31,815 nt of DNA from Candidatus Thorarchaeota archaeon (GCA_038893995.1 JAWAQK010000026.1:1-31815); one strand, 5' to 3'; shown: positions 1 to 8,928, counted from the stretch's first letter. Translations and numbers: made by a program. Notes: generated by a model from the letters alone, not told the origin.

Positions 1-919
1 GTCGCTTCACGACTAGCGCGGCTACACTCAATGCCCATGCTTCACCGTCAGGTAAGTAGCGGACAGAGATGGCGACGAGTGCCAATATGAGGGCGAGGAT
101 GATAATGATACCGAAGACGGGCGCTAAGACCAGGATTTCGAATCCCTCCCCATGACTGAATAGAAGAGCTGCTCCCACCACAATCCCAGCAAGCATGGTT
201 CCTACGAGGGCGATGACCCCTCTGCGGACGGTGCGTGGTAAGGGCCGACTCTCTTCCTCGTCATTGCCGTATTGAGATGGACGAATGTCGTCAGGGACCG
301 GGATGCCCATCATAACATGAATGAGTGCCAAGTCATAATCGACCCCGTATATCTTCTCGAGGTTCTGGTCGATGTCGATCCTATCTCTGAGTGTCTCGAG
401 GAGATACAGTGCTGACAAGACTAGGTATGGACTGAGGAAGTCGTACAAGTATGGCAAGTATTCCATCTTGCCCTCCAAGAATATTTCTGATACTAGTGTT
501 GAGAGGAGTCGGTTAGCAGCCAGGGATGCAAACCCGAAGAGAAGAACTCCTCTCAAGAACGCTGCGACTCGGCTAGATTTTCCAACCTTCAGTACCTCTC
601 TGGCGAGTACTACCTGGCCGTATACTCTTTCATTCAGCAGTCTTTTCATCATGGGGGTTGAAACAATGACCGCCCGGAAGAATGCATCCCTGGACGACGC
701 AAGAGTATATGTTTCATCGTCACGTTGCCAGAGTTCGATCCTGCTCGGGACATCAAGATGTTTCTTGACCTGCTCAAGGAGTTCAGCCATCTCGGGGTCT
801 GTCACGGGGTTGCGAAAGTGAGTCTTCTTGAGCAGACTGACGACGTACAAGGTGGCTGATCCGACCGTCAGGGTCAGGATGGTATACTGAAGAAATCCGA
901 TATGAAGATAGTCGAACAT
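1..919 (-). CDS. Membrane protein with degenerate M48/HtpX-like zinc-peptidase domain (3' end runs off the window)
   Basis: Not in the ORF track because there is no stop in the window. Manual translation from ATG 919: MFDYLHIGFLQYTILTLTVGSATLYVVSLLKK...DPEMAELLEQVKKHLDVPSRIELWQRDD...AVIVSTPMMKRLLNERVYGQVVLAREVLK, followed by several hydrophobic segments. The frame is open upstream to 1066, with an alternative GTG at 967. Confidence 0.75.
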   Translation of the reverse strand, partial: MFDYLHIGFLQYTILTLTVGSATLYVVSLLKKTHFRNPVTDPEMAELLEQVKKHLDVPSRIELWQRDDETYTLASSRDAFFRAVIVSTPMMKRLLNERVYGQVVLAREVLKVGKSSRVAAFLRGVLLFGFASLAANRLLSTLVSEIFLEGKMEYLPYLYDFLSPYLVLSALYLLETLRDRIDIDQNLEKIYGVDYDLALIHVMMGIPVPDDIRPSQYGNDEEESRPLPRTVRRGVIALVGTMLAGIVVGAALLFSHGEGFEILVLAPVFGIIIILALILALVAISVRYLPDGEAWALSVAALVVKR

Positions 920-1666
920 TGCAGCAGCAGTACTGACGAATGGCCACAGATATCCTGCTAGTAGCACCAGCTCATTACCGAAGATTAATGGCGCAGTGTT
1001 GAGAGACTCACGAAGACCATGTTCAGGAATACACGTCCCTCCCGTCGTCTTGATCGACAGTAGGCATTAGCGCCACGGTTCACACAGGAACCAGGGCCGA
1101 CGTACGCTTCCAGTCTTTGCGCCTATTGTCTCGACTCACGCTGGCAGTGCGAGTCTTTCTCCCGTGTAGCACGAATGTCGTACCTCGAAGTACCTGTCGT
1201 TAAGGTACACAACGTGGCAGAATTACTGTCGATGGCATTTCTATTTGTAGATTGTGCATGGCCATCAATGTCTGTGGGCCTTGGATCCGGAGCCCTCATG
1301 GGGATGTTGTTCGGTCAGGGTCTGACGGTCTCGCGCAGTCGTGTCCAGGTCAGGGCTGGCAACAAGACCACAGACCCTCTCTTGTCCATTCTCAATTCAT
1401 TGTCTCGAGTGATTTCGGGGTTGTCCAGTTGTCATGAGGCGTGGTGGGTTCATGTCGCAGTCATCGACAGCTGTGATGATAGAGGCTCATGACACAGGCT
1501 CCTCTTATCGCAGGCGCAGATGTCCTCCAATCGATAGACACATCAGGTGATGTCTACTCTGTCTGGATTGGGCTTGACAAGTGTGCCGCATCGTAGGATC
1601 CGATCATCTGTGCAGGGCTGATGCGTTCTCCTCTTCTGATAACGGAGTCTAGTCTTGGTGATAATG

Positions 1667-2920
1667 ATGTCAGACGGAGTCCTCGCATATCAGACTGGCC
1701 ACGGCCCATCATACAATGACAAGGTGTGCTCCAGATGCATGGGTCACAGAGCGTTGTGTGGAGTGCGTCCCTGTCCGATTGTGATGAGGGCCGTGACACT
1801 TGCAAGGATTGATGAGAGAATGTCTGGGAATGCCCTCTCTGGGTCATCCCCACCAGGTGTCTTTGTTGGGAGCTACGGTTATCCGCAGGTCTTGGTCGGT
1901 CCACTGATTCCGCCTCTCAGGGGTCCGGAAGTGACCCTGATGGAACGCCCTGACCTCTGGCTTGACAAGACACTGGATGAGATCATGGCACTGAGGTTCA
2001 ACCTGGTACGTACAAAGAGATCCATACGTGTCGAATCAGCAGTCGATCCTCCGAGGGTCCTTGCAGAGACCCAAACTCTGGTCCTCTCTGACTCACCAGC
2101 CGACACAGAGGCGACACTCCTCAAGAGACCTCAGTTCACCTCCATCTTTACCAGGGGTATGCTACCCATCGGACCCTCAGCACCCCTAGAACAGTTTCGC
2201 CTTGATGACAACCCCCATGTCCATCCTTCAGTGGATAGAGTCACGTCCGACACTGACATGAGAGCGGCTGACGGTGTAATGGCACTGTTCAGGGATAGGA
2301 TTGACGTACAGCATATTGTGCGGTTGTTCTCTGTGGGCCTGATCGGTCAGAACCGCTCACGGCGTCTAGTCCCGACCGAGTGGAGCATAACTGCAGTTGA
2401 TGACATCATAGGGCGAAGGCTGCACCGTCAGATACTGGATCTCGACTGGATATCGGATTATGAGGTATATGCGAGTCATGCCCTGGGCAACACAGTCGTA
2501 GTCCTCATGTCTCCCGGAGCCTGGCAGTACGAGGCACTTGAGTGTTGGCTCATGGGACCGCGAACGAACGTGATATCTGATCACGAACATACTAAGGGCC
2601 GAAGCAGCTATGCCAGCTCTGTCGTTGGCGCCTATTACGCAGCACGACTTCCGGTACTGGAACACCTCCACAACAATCGGAGGCAGGCATCTGTAATCGT
2701 GTTCCTGGAGATCGACCCCAAGCAGTGGCTTCCCCTTGGTGTCTGGAGGTTCCGTGAGATCGCGCGGCGCGCCCTGAGGGATGGTCCAAGGCGGTTCTCG
2801 ACGCTAAGGGACGCTATCATTGGGGTCAGCTCTCATCTGAGAGCGCCAATAGAGGCATATCTCCGAAGGAGTGCCCTGTTCGAGGGACTCGATTCGCAGA
2901 CTCAGCTGACCGAGTATTAG
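1667..2920 (+). CDS. nreA: Archaeal DNA repair protein NreA (PCNA-interacting)
   Basis: N-terminal CxxC...C...C (CSRCMGHRALCGVRPC), GSSPPGVFVGSYGYP, RLVPTEWSITAVD, GAYYAARL, PLGVWRFRE, and C-terminal PIP-like QTQLTEY. GGTGA at 1657-1661 favours ATG 1667 over TTG 1655. Confidence 0.93.
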   Translation: MSDGVLAYQTGHGPSYNDKVCSRCMGHRALCGVRPCPIVMRAVTLARIDERMSGNALSGSSPPGVFVGSYGYPQVLVGPLIPPLRGPEVTLMERPDLWLDKTLDEIMALRFNLVRTKRSIRVESAVDPPRVLAETQTLVLSDSPADTEATLLKRPQFTSIFTRGMLPIGPSAPLEQFRLDDNPHVHPSVDRVTSDTDMRAADGVMALFRDRIDVQHIVRLFSVGLIGQNRSRRLVPTEWSITAVDDIIGRRLHRQILDLDWISDYEVYASHALGNTVVVLMSPGAWQYEALECWLMGPRTNVISDHEHTKGRSSYASSVVGAYYAARLPVLEHLHNNRRQASVIVFLEIDPKQWLPLGVWRFREIARRALRDGPRRFSTLRDAIIGVSSHLRAPIEAYLRRSALFEGLDSQTQLTEY

Positions 2921-2959
2921 GCGGGCAGTTTAAGTGAGCGGCTCCCCCAGGTAGGTGCT

Positions 2960-4492
2960 GTGAGGACTCCACTGTATGAGAGAATGTGCAGGCTGGGCCG
3001 CAGGATCCCACTCTTGTCGAGGACTGACGCGGGCCGTGTGGACAGGGATCTTGCCCGGGCCGTACGCTTCCTCAGACCATCCATGAGTCTCGATGTCAAT
3101 GGGGTTGTTGGAGCTGCTAGGCTCCTCGCGATAGTGGCGTGGTCGTTGTCCCTTCTCTCTCTGATTGCGCTCACCGGTAGCGTCATAGTGTCCATTCCAC
3201 TGTCACTGATGGTTGGATTGCTGGCCTACTATGCAGCCATCTCCTATCCAATCAACCTGATGAACGCATATAGAATTGCTCTCTCAGAGGAGTCCGATCT
3301 CATATTTGAGCAGTTTGTGCTTGTCTTTCAATCGGGAGGAACCATCTTCGATGCCATTGAGCTGGTGGCACGCTCTTCTCATCCGGTCCTATCAAGGGCC
3401 TTCCAGGAGATGCTGAGTCGCATCAATGATGGAGTTCCTCCCGAGACATGTCTGCTTGAATTCGCTCGCGACCAGCCCTCAGACGATCTGAGGCGATACA
3501 TCATGGGCGTGATATCTTCACTCGAGAGGAAGACTGAGATGCTGGACCTGCTCTCCGGTCAGTCTTTTGAGGCAGAGATGACCCTCAGGTCGAAGAACCT
3601 TGAGCTTGAGAGTAGGCTACTGGTAGTAGCTGCACTCGCGACCTACGTCCCGGTCCTCGTCACACTGGCTGTCTCGCTGACGGGTTCTGCCAGTAGTCCT
3701 GTGGTCCTTGCCGCCGCTCCTTTCTTGATGTATCTGAACATGTTCTTGCGTGTGCGTTTCTCAAGGAGCTTCTCAGTCGACTTCGATCGTCCGAGGTCTC
3801 CGGGACCACTCGCTCCGAACCAGCGGGATATCATGACCGAGTATGAGGAATTCCTCAATTTTCTGATACTTCTGAGTGAGCGCCTCAGGGCTGGCGACAC
3901 CCTTGAACACAGTCTCCCTGAGATCAGGGGACAGGTCTCCACGGAGATACAGACGCTCATTGATCCTGTCATTCATGCCATCATTGAGGAGCACGCCGAC
4001 ATCAGAGAGGCCATGAGACGCGCTGCTGAGAGGTCAAAGGGCCTACGGGTCTCAAGGATGTTTCTAATGATACCTGAGATGTGTGAGATATCCTGCGTCA
4101 ACGCCGGGGATAGACTCGGGAAGATCGCCGGAAAGTTAGTCAGTCGTTCGCACATCGCCAAGGAGAGAGACTCGATTGTTCAGGCACAGAGGTTCAAGGT
4201 CTATCTGCTGACCCTGACCAGTGCTGTCGTCCTTGGTATGCTCACCTCTCTCTCTCCGTTCTTGTTCATAGGAGGCCTCCTCAATCAGACGACCGGTGGC
4301 TCTACAGGGCTGGTGGCTGGGAACCCGTTCTATCTCTTCGTCACAATGCTCTCAGTGGTGGCCTTCTCAGGGCATCAGAACTCTGTCATGGTCGGTGGCA
4401 GACGCCCGAGGCTGACAGCATCAGTGTGTGCTCTACTGTACTGGACATCGTTCTCGCTCTCATCGTTGTTGCTGGGCAGCGGCCTTGCGTGA
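2960..4492 (+). CDS. Type II secretion system F family / TadB-TadC / ArlJ-like pilus platform membrane protein (two T2SSF repeats)
   Basis: Two soluble helical repeats (FQSGGTIFDAIELVARSSHPVLSRAFQEMLSRINDGVPPE and RLRAGDTLEHSL), each followed by TM hairpins. This is the typical T2SSF layout. Confidence 0.75.
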   Translation: MRTPLYERMCRLGRRIPLLSRTDAGRVDRDLARAVRFLRPSMSLDVNGVVGAARLLAIVAWSLSLLSLIALTGSVIVSIPLSLMVGLLAYYAAISYPINLMNAYRIALSEESDLIFEQFVLVFQSGGTIFDAIELVARSSHPVLSRAFQEMLSRINDGVPPETCLLEFARDQPSDDLRRYIMGVISSLERKTEMLDLLSGQSFEAEMTLRSKNLELESRLLVVAALATYVPVLVTLAVSLTGSASSPVVLAAAPFLMYLNMFLRVRFSRSFSVDFDRPRSPGPLAPNQRDIMTEYEEFLNFLILLSERLRAGDTLEHSLPEIRGQVSTEIQTLIDPVIHAIIEEHADIREAMRRAAERSKGLRVSRMFLMIPEMCEISCVNAGDRLGKIAGKLVSRSHIAKERDSIVQAQRFKVYLLTLTSAVVLGMLTSLSPFLFIGGLLNQTTGGSTGLVAGNPFYLFVTMLSVVAFSGHQNSVMVGGRRPRLTASVCALLYWTSFSLSSLLLGSGLA

Positions 4493-4545
4493 CATATCTT
4501 TTTTAGACAGCAATGATGCTCTAGACGCATAGAGGTGTAATCTCT

Positions 4546-5202
4546 ATGCAGTTTGGGGTATTTGATCTGACCCTCGGCCAGATCATGGCCTATTTCCAGG
4601 ACGCTTGGGTCGTCGGATGGGTCCTGATTGGCTCTGGTGTACTGGCAGCGATATGGCTGTTCGAGAACCTGACAGATCCAATCCCGATACTCGGCAGCCT
4701 GGTGGACGTGTTCGTGGCCATCGGTGCCTATCTGGGCTTCATCGTTGGTATCTTGGATATGCTTGTTGGATACGTGGTCTGGACGACAAACCCCACCGGT
4801 ACGATTGTAGCCGTTGCCCTGATAGTGGTGGGCTTCTCGCTCTCGATGCGGCTCCTGTCAAAGGTTCCCCTGGCCCTAGTCTTCGCCCTTGCAGCCTCGG
4901 GATTCGTCACGTTCACGATCTACGGGTTCCTGATGCCGTACGCGACAGCCTCGATCCCGTATGTTTCTGACATAGCAGCAATGCTGGTCTCTCTCAAGGG
5001 AATGATAGTGATATTCCTGATAGTGTTCACGGTCGCCTATGTCGTAGGCGGAGTTGCACTGAAGGCCATACAGCTGATTGGCAGACTACTCTCCTCCACA
5101 CCAGTGAGCGTCGTCATAGGACTTGCTGCAATTGCCATAGGCGTCGTCGTAATCGTGATGCCAGCAATGGTCGGGCTCGTAGTACCATGGCCCACAACGT
5201 GA
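4546..5202 (+). CDS. Hypothetical polytopic membrane protein
   Basis: 218 aa, almost entirely hydrophobic, about 6-7 TM segments. GAGGTG RBS precedes the ATG and a T-tract follows the stop. Confidence 0.8.
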   Translation: MQFGVFDLTLGQIMAYFQDAWVVGWVLIGSGVLAAIWLFENLTDPIPILGSLVDVFVAIGAYLGFIVGILDMLVGYVVWTTNPTGTIVAVALIVVGFSLSMRLLSKVPLALVFALAASGFVTFTIYGFLMPYATASIPYVSDIAAMLVSLKGMIVIFLIVFTVAYVVGGVALKAIQLIGRLLSSTPVSVVIGLAAIAIGVVVIVMPAMVGLVVPWPTT

Positions 5203-5229
5203 GGGTGACTCCCCTCGCGTTGTCTCTTT

Positions 5230-5529
5230 TTATCTATCATTCAGTACGGGTGCAACCTGTCGAGGTTTCCTCAGTTCCCTGAACAGTACAAACCTGACCG
5301 ATCTCTTACTGTAGAAGCGTGCTGCTCCAATCATTGAGCTCTCGGCCTCCAGGATCGTGCTGAACCATTTCGACACGAAGAAGGACTTGTCGGGCAGTTC
5401 GCTCGTATCATCATCCTCCTCGTACTCGGCCGGAGCATCAAGTCCTGCAGGAATCAGGATGACGACCCTGAATGCCCTCTCGTCTCGGCTCATCTCCAAC
5501 CATATCTCACAGAAGGCCACGCGTATCAC
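5230..5529 (-). CDS. Small hypothetical protein (alternative start ATG 5493)
   Basis: Fills the gap between confident genes. Protein-like composition with an acidic patch EYEEDDD. AT-rich TTAATTA upstream at about 5565-5571 on the minus strand. Confidence 0.6.
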   Translation of the reverse strand: MIRVAFCEIWLEMSRDERAFRVVILIPAGLDAPAEYEEDDDTSELPDKSFFVSKWFSTILEAESSMIGAARFYSKRSVRFVLFRELRKPRQVAPVLNDR

Positions 5530-5767
5530 TTCGTTCCAGGCTCAAGAAACATTCTCGCCGGGCCTAATTAACTCTCGCCCGACGTCAGCTATCCTAAGGA
5601 CACCCAAAGGATTCAAATATCGTCAACGCCCAGTTCGCTATCATTGTCTATCAGTTCGCAATCCACATGTCGAATACTTGTAGGGTCGAAGCACACATTT
5701 GCAGGCCCACTGTCGCGCTGGGATGTGTGGCTGAGATCAGTCTAGAGTCAATTCCAGGGGGCCTCCT

Positions 5768-6319
5768 ATGTCGGGTGACATCAGGACTGATGGAAAGAGA
5801 AAGAAGATAATCAGTGTGACAATGAGCCAATCGATGGTCGAGCAGATCGACCGCCTAGTGGAACAGGATGTTGCCCGATCACGCGCCCAGTTGATCGAGG
5901 ATGCAGTAAGGTGGTTCATAGAGTACACTGTGCACAAGTGGAACGAACGGGGCATCTATGTCAACTCTTGTCGGATGGCCCTCGAGCCGGATACCATGTC
6001 CTCCCTCTTCTTCTCCAAGCTGACTCCGAACGATCAGTACGAACTTGGTCTGACCGCTGGAGCCAGATCGTCCATTGAGGATATAGCAAGACTTCACCAC
6101 AGAATCACCCCAGGCAGCCCTGCGAGTAGAGCCGTCATACTTAGGATCCTTCAGGACCTTGGTTGGGGCATGTTGGAGGAGTCAAATGACCTGATACTCG
6201 TAGGAAGTCCCTTCTATCCCCCGCAATTCATGAAGGGCTTCCTCGAGTCCCTACTCCGCATCAGGACGGAATTGGTTGAGACCCACGCGAAGGACAACAT
6301 GGCTCTACGGATCCTGTGA
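5768..6319 (+). CDS. CopG/ribbon-helix-helix regulator fused to a V4R-like domain
   Basis: N-terminal KIISVTMSQSMVEQIDRLVEQDVARSRAQLIEDAVRWFI is a classic RHH pattern. The C-terminal part has ELGLTAG...LQDLGWG...FMKGFLESLL, a V4R/Bet3-fold-like pattern. Confidence 0.8.
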   Translation: MSGDIRTDGKRKKIISVTMSQSMVEQIDRLVEQDVARSRAQLIEDAVRWFIEYTVHKWNERGIYVNSCRMALEPDTMSSLFFSKLTPNDQYELGLTAGARSSIEDIARLHHRITPGSPASRAVILRILQDLGWGMLEESNDLILVGSPFYPPQFMKGFLESLLRIRTELVETHAKDNMALRIL

Positions 6320-6336
6320 GAGGCGCTTCAGGTCTG

Positions 6337-6765
6337 TCACCAGTCTCCATCGACCTTTAGTATCTCAAATTCGCATGTGTAGAGGCCTGGTATGCTCTCG
6401 ATTGCTCTCCTGATGTTCTTCTCTTTCTCTGCCATATTGTCGGCTGCAAAATACACCTCGTACACGCACCTGTTCTGCTCGAAACAGAAGCCTGTCGTGA
6501 AGAGGACCTTGAGGTCGTACTGTTTGAACAGTGATGTCATTGTCTGCATGAGCGCAGGGTTGACTTTCTCGACTTCAAGTCTGATACGTGCACCGCTCTC
6601 CTTCGTCATTGGAAAGAGCCTGAGCTCTCCTGACCTCTCAAAGTGAATGACCATTGCTGCTCTCATGTCGCTGATCTCAGCGTTTGAGAAGTAATCCTTT
6701 GGCAGCCTGATCTCAGGCCTTCTCCTAATGTCTGCAATCATACCCTTTGTGATACCGGTCACCAA
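6337..6765 (-). CDS. Putative AbrB-like + ACT-domain regulator
   Basis: N-terminal IADIRRRPEIRLPKDYF resembles an AbrB/SpoVT swapped hairpin. The C-terminal beta-alpha-beta-beta-alpha-beta pattern ends RRAIESIPGLYTCEFEIL (ACT-like). GAGAGG RBS precedes the TTG. Confidence 0.6.
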   Translation of the reverse strand: MVTGITKGMIADIRRRPEIRLPKDYFSNAEISDMRAAMVIHFERSGELRLFPMTKESGARIRLEVEKVNPALMQTMTSLFKQYDLKVLFTTGFCFEQNRCVYEVYFAADNMAEKEKNIRRAIESIPGLYTCEFEILKVDGDW

Positions 6766-6954
6766 CTATCGCCTCTCTCTACTCTCAAGTCTGTATGAGG
6801 TCCGGCCTTTTCTTGCTTTCGCAGTCCGTCCTGATTGACTAGCACCTTGACATTGTCACCATCTGTCAAGTAATGAATCTTCTTAGTCTTTAGCTGGAGA
6901 GGTCTACCGAATTCTGGGGTGTCCCACCAGGTAGACCTTTCCGATTACGGATAG

Positions 6955-7881
6955 TCACCCAGCCGACTCTTGCACAGGCGAGTCCAGATCCGCTCCTTTG
7001 CGTCTTGCAAGACCGAGAGCCAACAGGACCATGGCGGTCCCTGCCACGATGGCCGGTGTTACGACCTCGAGAAGTAACCATGCGCCCATTGCCACAGCTA
7101 CCACCGGTTGAAGCATGAGATACACTGCAGAGGTAGTGCCTCCGGTATGCTCTAGTCCCTTGTAGTACAGAAGGTAAGCGACGCCTATCGACATCACGCC
7201 CAGATACAGAATACTCAGCTGGGCAACTGGGTTGGATATTCCAGCGGGAAGGACGTCTTCAAGCATGAGGGCTGCAGGCACCATGACGAGAGTCGTATAG
7301 ACTGCGTTTGGGACGGCAGTTCTCAATGCGCCTCCTACCTGACTCATTGCCATCTGAGCAATGACTATCCAGAGGGCCCAGACAACTCCGGCTGAGAACA
7401 CTAACAGGTTTCCCAGGGTCTCTCCGGCCAGCAGCATAGATGGATCCCCCCCGGTAGACACCAGGATTGCTCCAATGACGCTTATGACGAGAGCTGCTAT
7501 CTCTCGTCGTACTGGCATCTCCCGAACAACTGCGTATACAAATATGGGCACGAATGTGACCCCCACGTTCACGAGCACGCCCGCCTGCCCCGCGGTGGTC
7601 ATGCCTAGCCCGACGTACTGAAGGCAGTACGCCAGACCGTTCAGACAACCCAGTATCACCGTTGTCCTGCAGAAGAATGGTCCGATCAACGGGCCCTTCT
7701 GATCACCTCGGCCTCTGAAGATGAGGGCGAGTGCAAGTACAAGAGCTCCCAGTCCGTTCTCGAACAGTACGATATGTAGCGGTCCCAGATACACGAGAGC
7801 GACCTTGCCCACGACGAAGGTGGTCCCCCATATTGTCGAGGACACAATGAGCATGAGCCTAGCCGTAATCTCTCGGTCCAT
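6955..7881 (-). CDS. EamA/DMT family transporter
   Basis: IWGTTFVVGK, LQYVGLGMTTAGQAGVL, GNLLVFSAGVVWALW, YLLYYKGL...SAVYLMLQPVVAV, about 10 TM segments. Start reassigned to ATG 7881 (MDREITARL) because the longer ORF runs through the divergent promoter region. Confidence 0.93.
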   Translation of the reverse strand: MDREITARLMLIVSSTIWGTTFVVGKVALVYLGPLHIVLFENGLGALVLALALIFRGRGDQKGPLIGPFFCRTTVILGCLNGLAYCLQYVGLGMTTAGQAGVLVNVGVTFVPIFVYAVVREMPVRREIAALVISVIGAILVSTGGDPSMLLAGETLGNLLVFSAGVVWALWIVIAQMAMSQVGGALRTAVPNAVYTTLVMVPAALMLEDVLPAGISNPVAQLSILYLGVMSIGVAYLLYYKGLEHTGGTTSAVYLMLQPVVAVAMGAWLLLEVVTPAIVAGTAMVLLALGLARRKGADLDSPVQESAG

Positions 7882-7996
7882 CCCTGGCACCGTGGGCTTC
7901 GCCTGTCTGTGATATTTATGAATCTCTCTCAAGAGCGGCTGCCAGAACGTCACAGTCTTAAGTGAGTGTGATATGGGGCCGGTCGGTGCAACCAAC

Positions 7997-8116
7997 ATGG
8001 CAAAGGAAGGCGCAATCTACGTGTGTGATGTCTGTGGGCAGGTAGTTGAGGTCAAGAAGTCGGGCGCGGGAACTCTTGTCTGCTGCAATAGGCCCATGAG
8101 GCTGTACATCGAGTAG
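7997..8116 (+). CDS. Desulforedoxin-like protein (desulfoferrodoxin FeS4 iron-binding domain), 39 aa
   Basis: Manual translation MAKEGAIYVCDVCGQVVEVKKSGAGTLVCCNRPMRLYIE*. Contains the YxCxxCG...VEV...G.G.LVCC..PM signature. Below the ORF-track length cutoff. Confidence 0.93.
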   Translation: MAKEGAIYVCDVCGQVVEVKKSGAGTLVCCNRPMRLYIE

Positions 8117-8305
8117 TACCGATTCATACCATGTCCACGGTCCTAGACCGCATGTCATCTCATCGTGTGAGTGCCGATTGTCATCACATGCTCTGCTGAC
8201 GCGGCCGGTCTGTTGATGTGGGGCTCAGCAGGGCAATCATGCTCGGACAGACAGTGATTCAACCATTCCTATCGCCATTCTGACCGACTGTGCACACATT
8301 CGCTT

Positions 8306-8320
8306 GGCAACCTTTATATA
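8306..8320 (+). promoter_or_regulatory. Archaeal BRE/TATA promoter of rpo5
   Basis: GGCAACC followed by TTTATATA (8313-8320), about 47 nt upstream of the ATG in otherwise GC-rich DNA. Confidence 0.7.
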
Positions 8321-8367
8321 CGGTGTCTAGGCGCAACCACTAGTCTTCTGTCGGGTGTGCTCTTCAG

Positions 8368-8928
8368 ATGGTGGACCTTCCGGAAACTGTAGTCAAGACC
8401 AGAGCGATGCTGATGCTGCGGGGCTACACCGTTGATGAACTGTTTGAGTACGAGGATCACTACAGGATGTACCCCGTCAAGAAGTCCGGGGACGATATCA
8501 TCAAGTCGGTAGTGTGGATACTCAAACAGCCCACTGTCATAGGAGTGGCCACTATAAAGGACATCGAGGAAGTCATGGAGGAGATCTCCGCGCAGGAGGG
8601 TGTTCTTGTTGGGGGAACCAGGTACACTCCCTCGGCCAAGAAACGAGCAAAGCTTGTGAGAATCGAGCTAGTGGAGGGCACATACTCATCCTTTGACCTG
8701 TTTCAGCATGAGCTTGTGCCGAAGCACGTGATTGCCAGTGAGGAGGAGGTGCAGATGGTCCTGGACCACTACAGGATAAGCAAGTCTCAGCTTCCTCGGA
8801 TACTCAAGGACGATCCTGTAGCGAAGATGCTGGGAGCGAAGGTGGGTCAAGTACTTCGCATCGAGAGACCCAGTGAGACTGCCGGCGTTACGTTCTATTA
8901 TCGTCTTGTAGTTGATGGATCGAGATGA
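8368..8928 (+). CDS. rpo5: DNA-directed RNA polymerase subunit Rpo5/RpoH, long form with an RPB5-like N-terminal jaw domain
   Basis: C-terminal HELVPKH...SQLPRILKDDPVAKMLGAKVGQVLRIERPSETAGVTFYYRLVV is the Rpb5_C signature. The extra ~105-aa N-terminus contains MLMLRGY, VIGVATIK and YTPSAKK. Confidence 0.96.
   Translation: MVDLPETVVKTRAMLMLRGYTVDELFEYEDHYRMYPVKKSGDDIIKSVVWILKQPTVIGVATIKDIEEVMEEISAQEGVLVGGTRYTPSAKKRAKLVRIELVEGTYSSFDLFQHELVPKHVIASEEEVQMVLDHYRISKSQLPRILKDDPVAKMLGAKVGQVLRIERPSETAGVTFYYRLVVDGSR

Noticed and set aside
372-821. 149-aa plus-strand ORF and the many other short antisense ORFs in the track
   Set aside because: They are shadows of better-supported genes on the opposite strand or in another frame, with no motifs.
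1067-1654. Long intergenic region with ORFs 1175..1492 and 1252..1437 and a small hairpin at about 1134-1156; possible ncRNA
   Set aside because: No recognisable protein motif, RBS, tRNA cloverleaf or convincing structure. A function cannot be excluded but is unsupported.
2960-4492. Archaellum (arl/fla) operon
   Set aside because: No archaellin, ArlI or ArlH genes nearby, so only the generic T2SSF assignment is supportable.
8368-8690. Active Mrr restriction endonuclease fused to RpoH
   Set aside because: The D...(Q/E)xK catalytic residues are not evident. The motifs fit the non-catalytic RPB5 jaw domain better.
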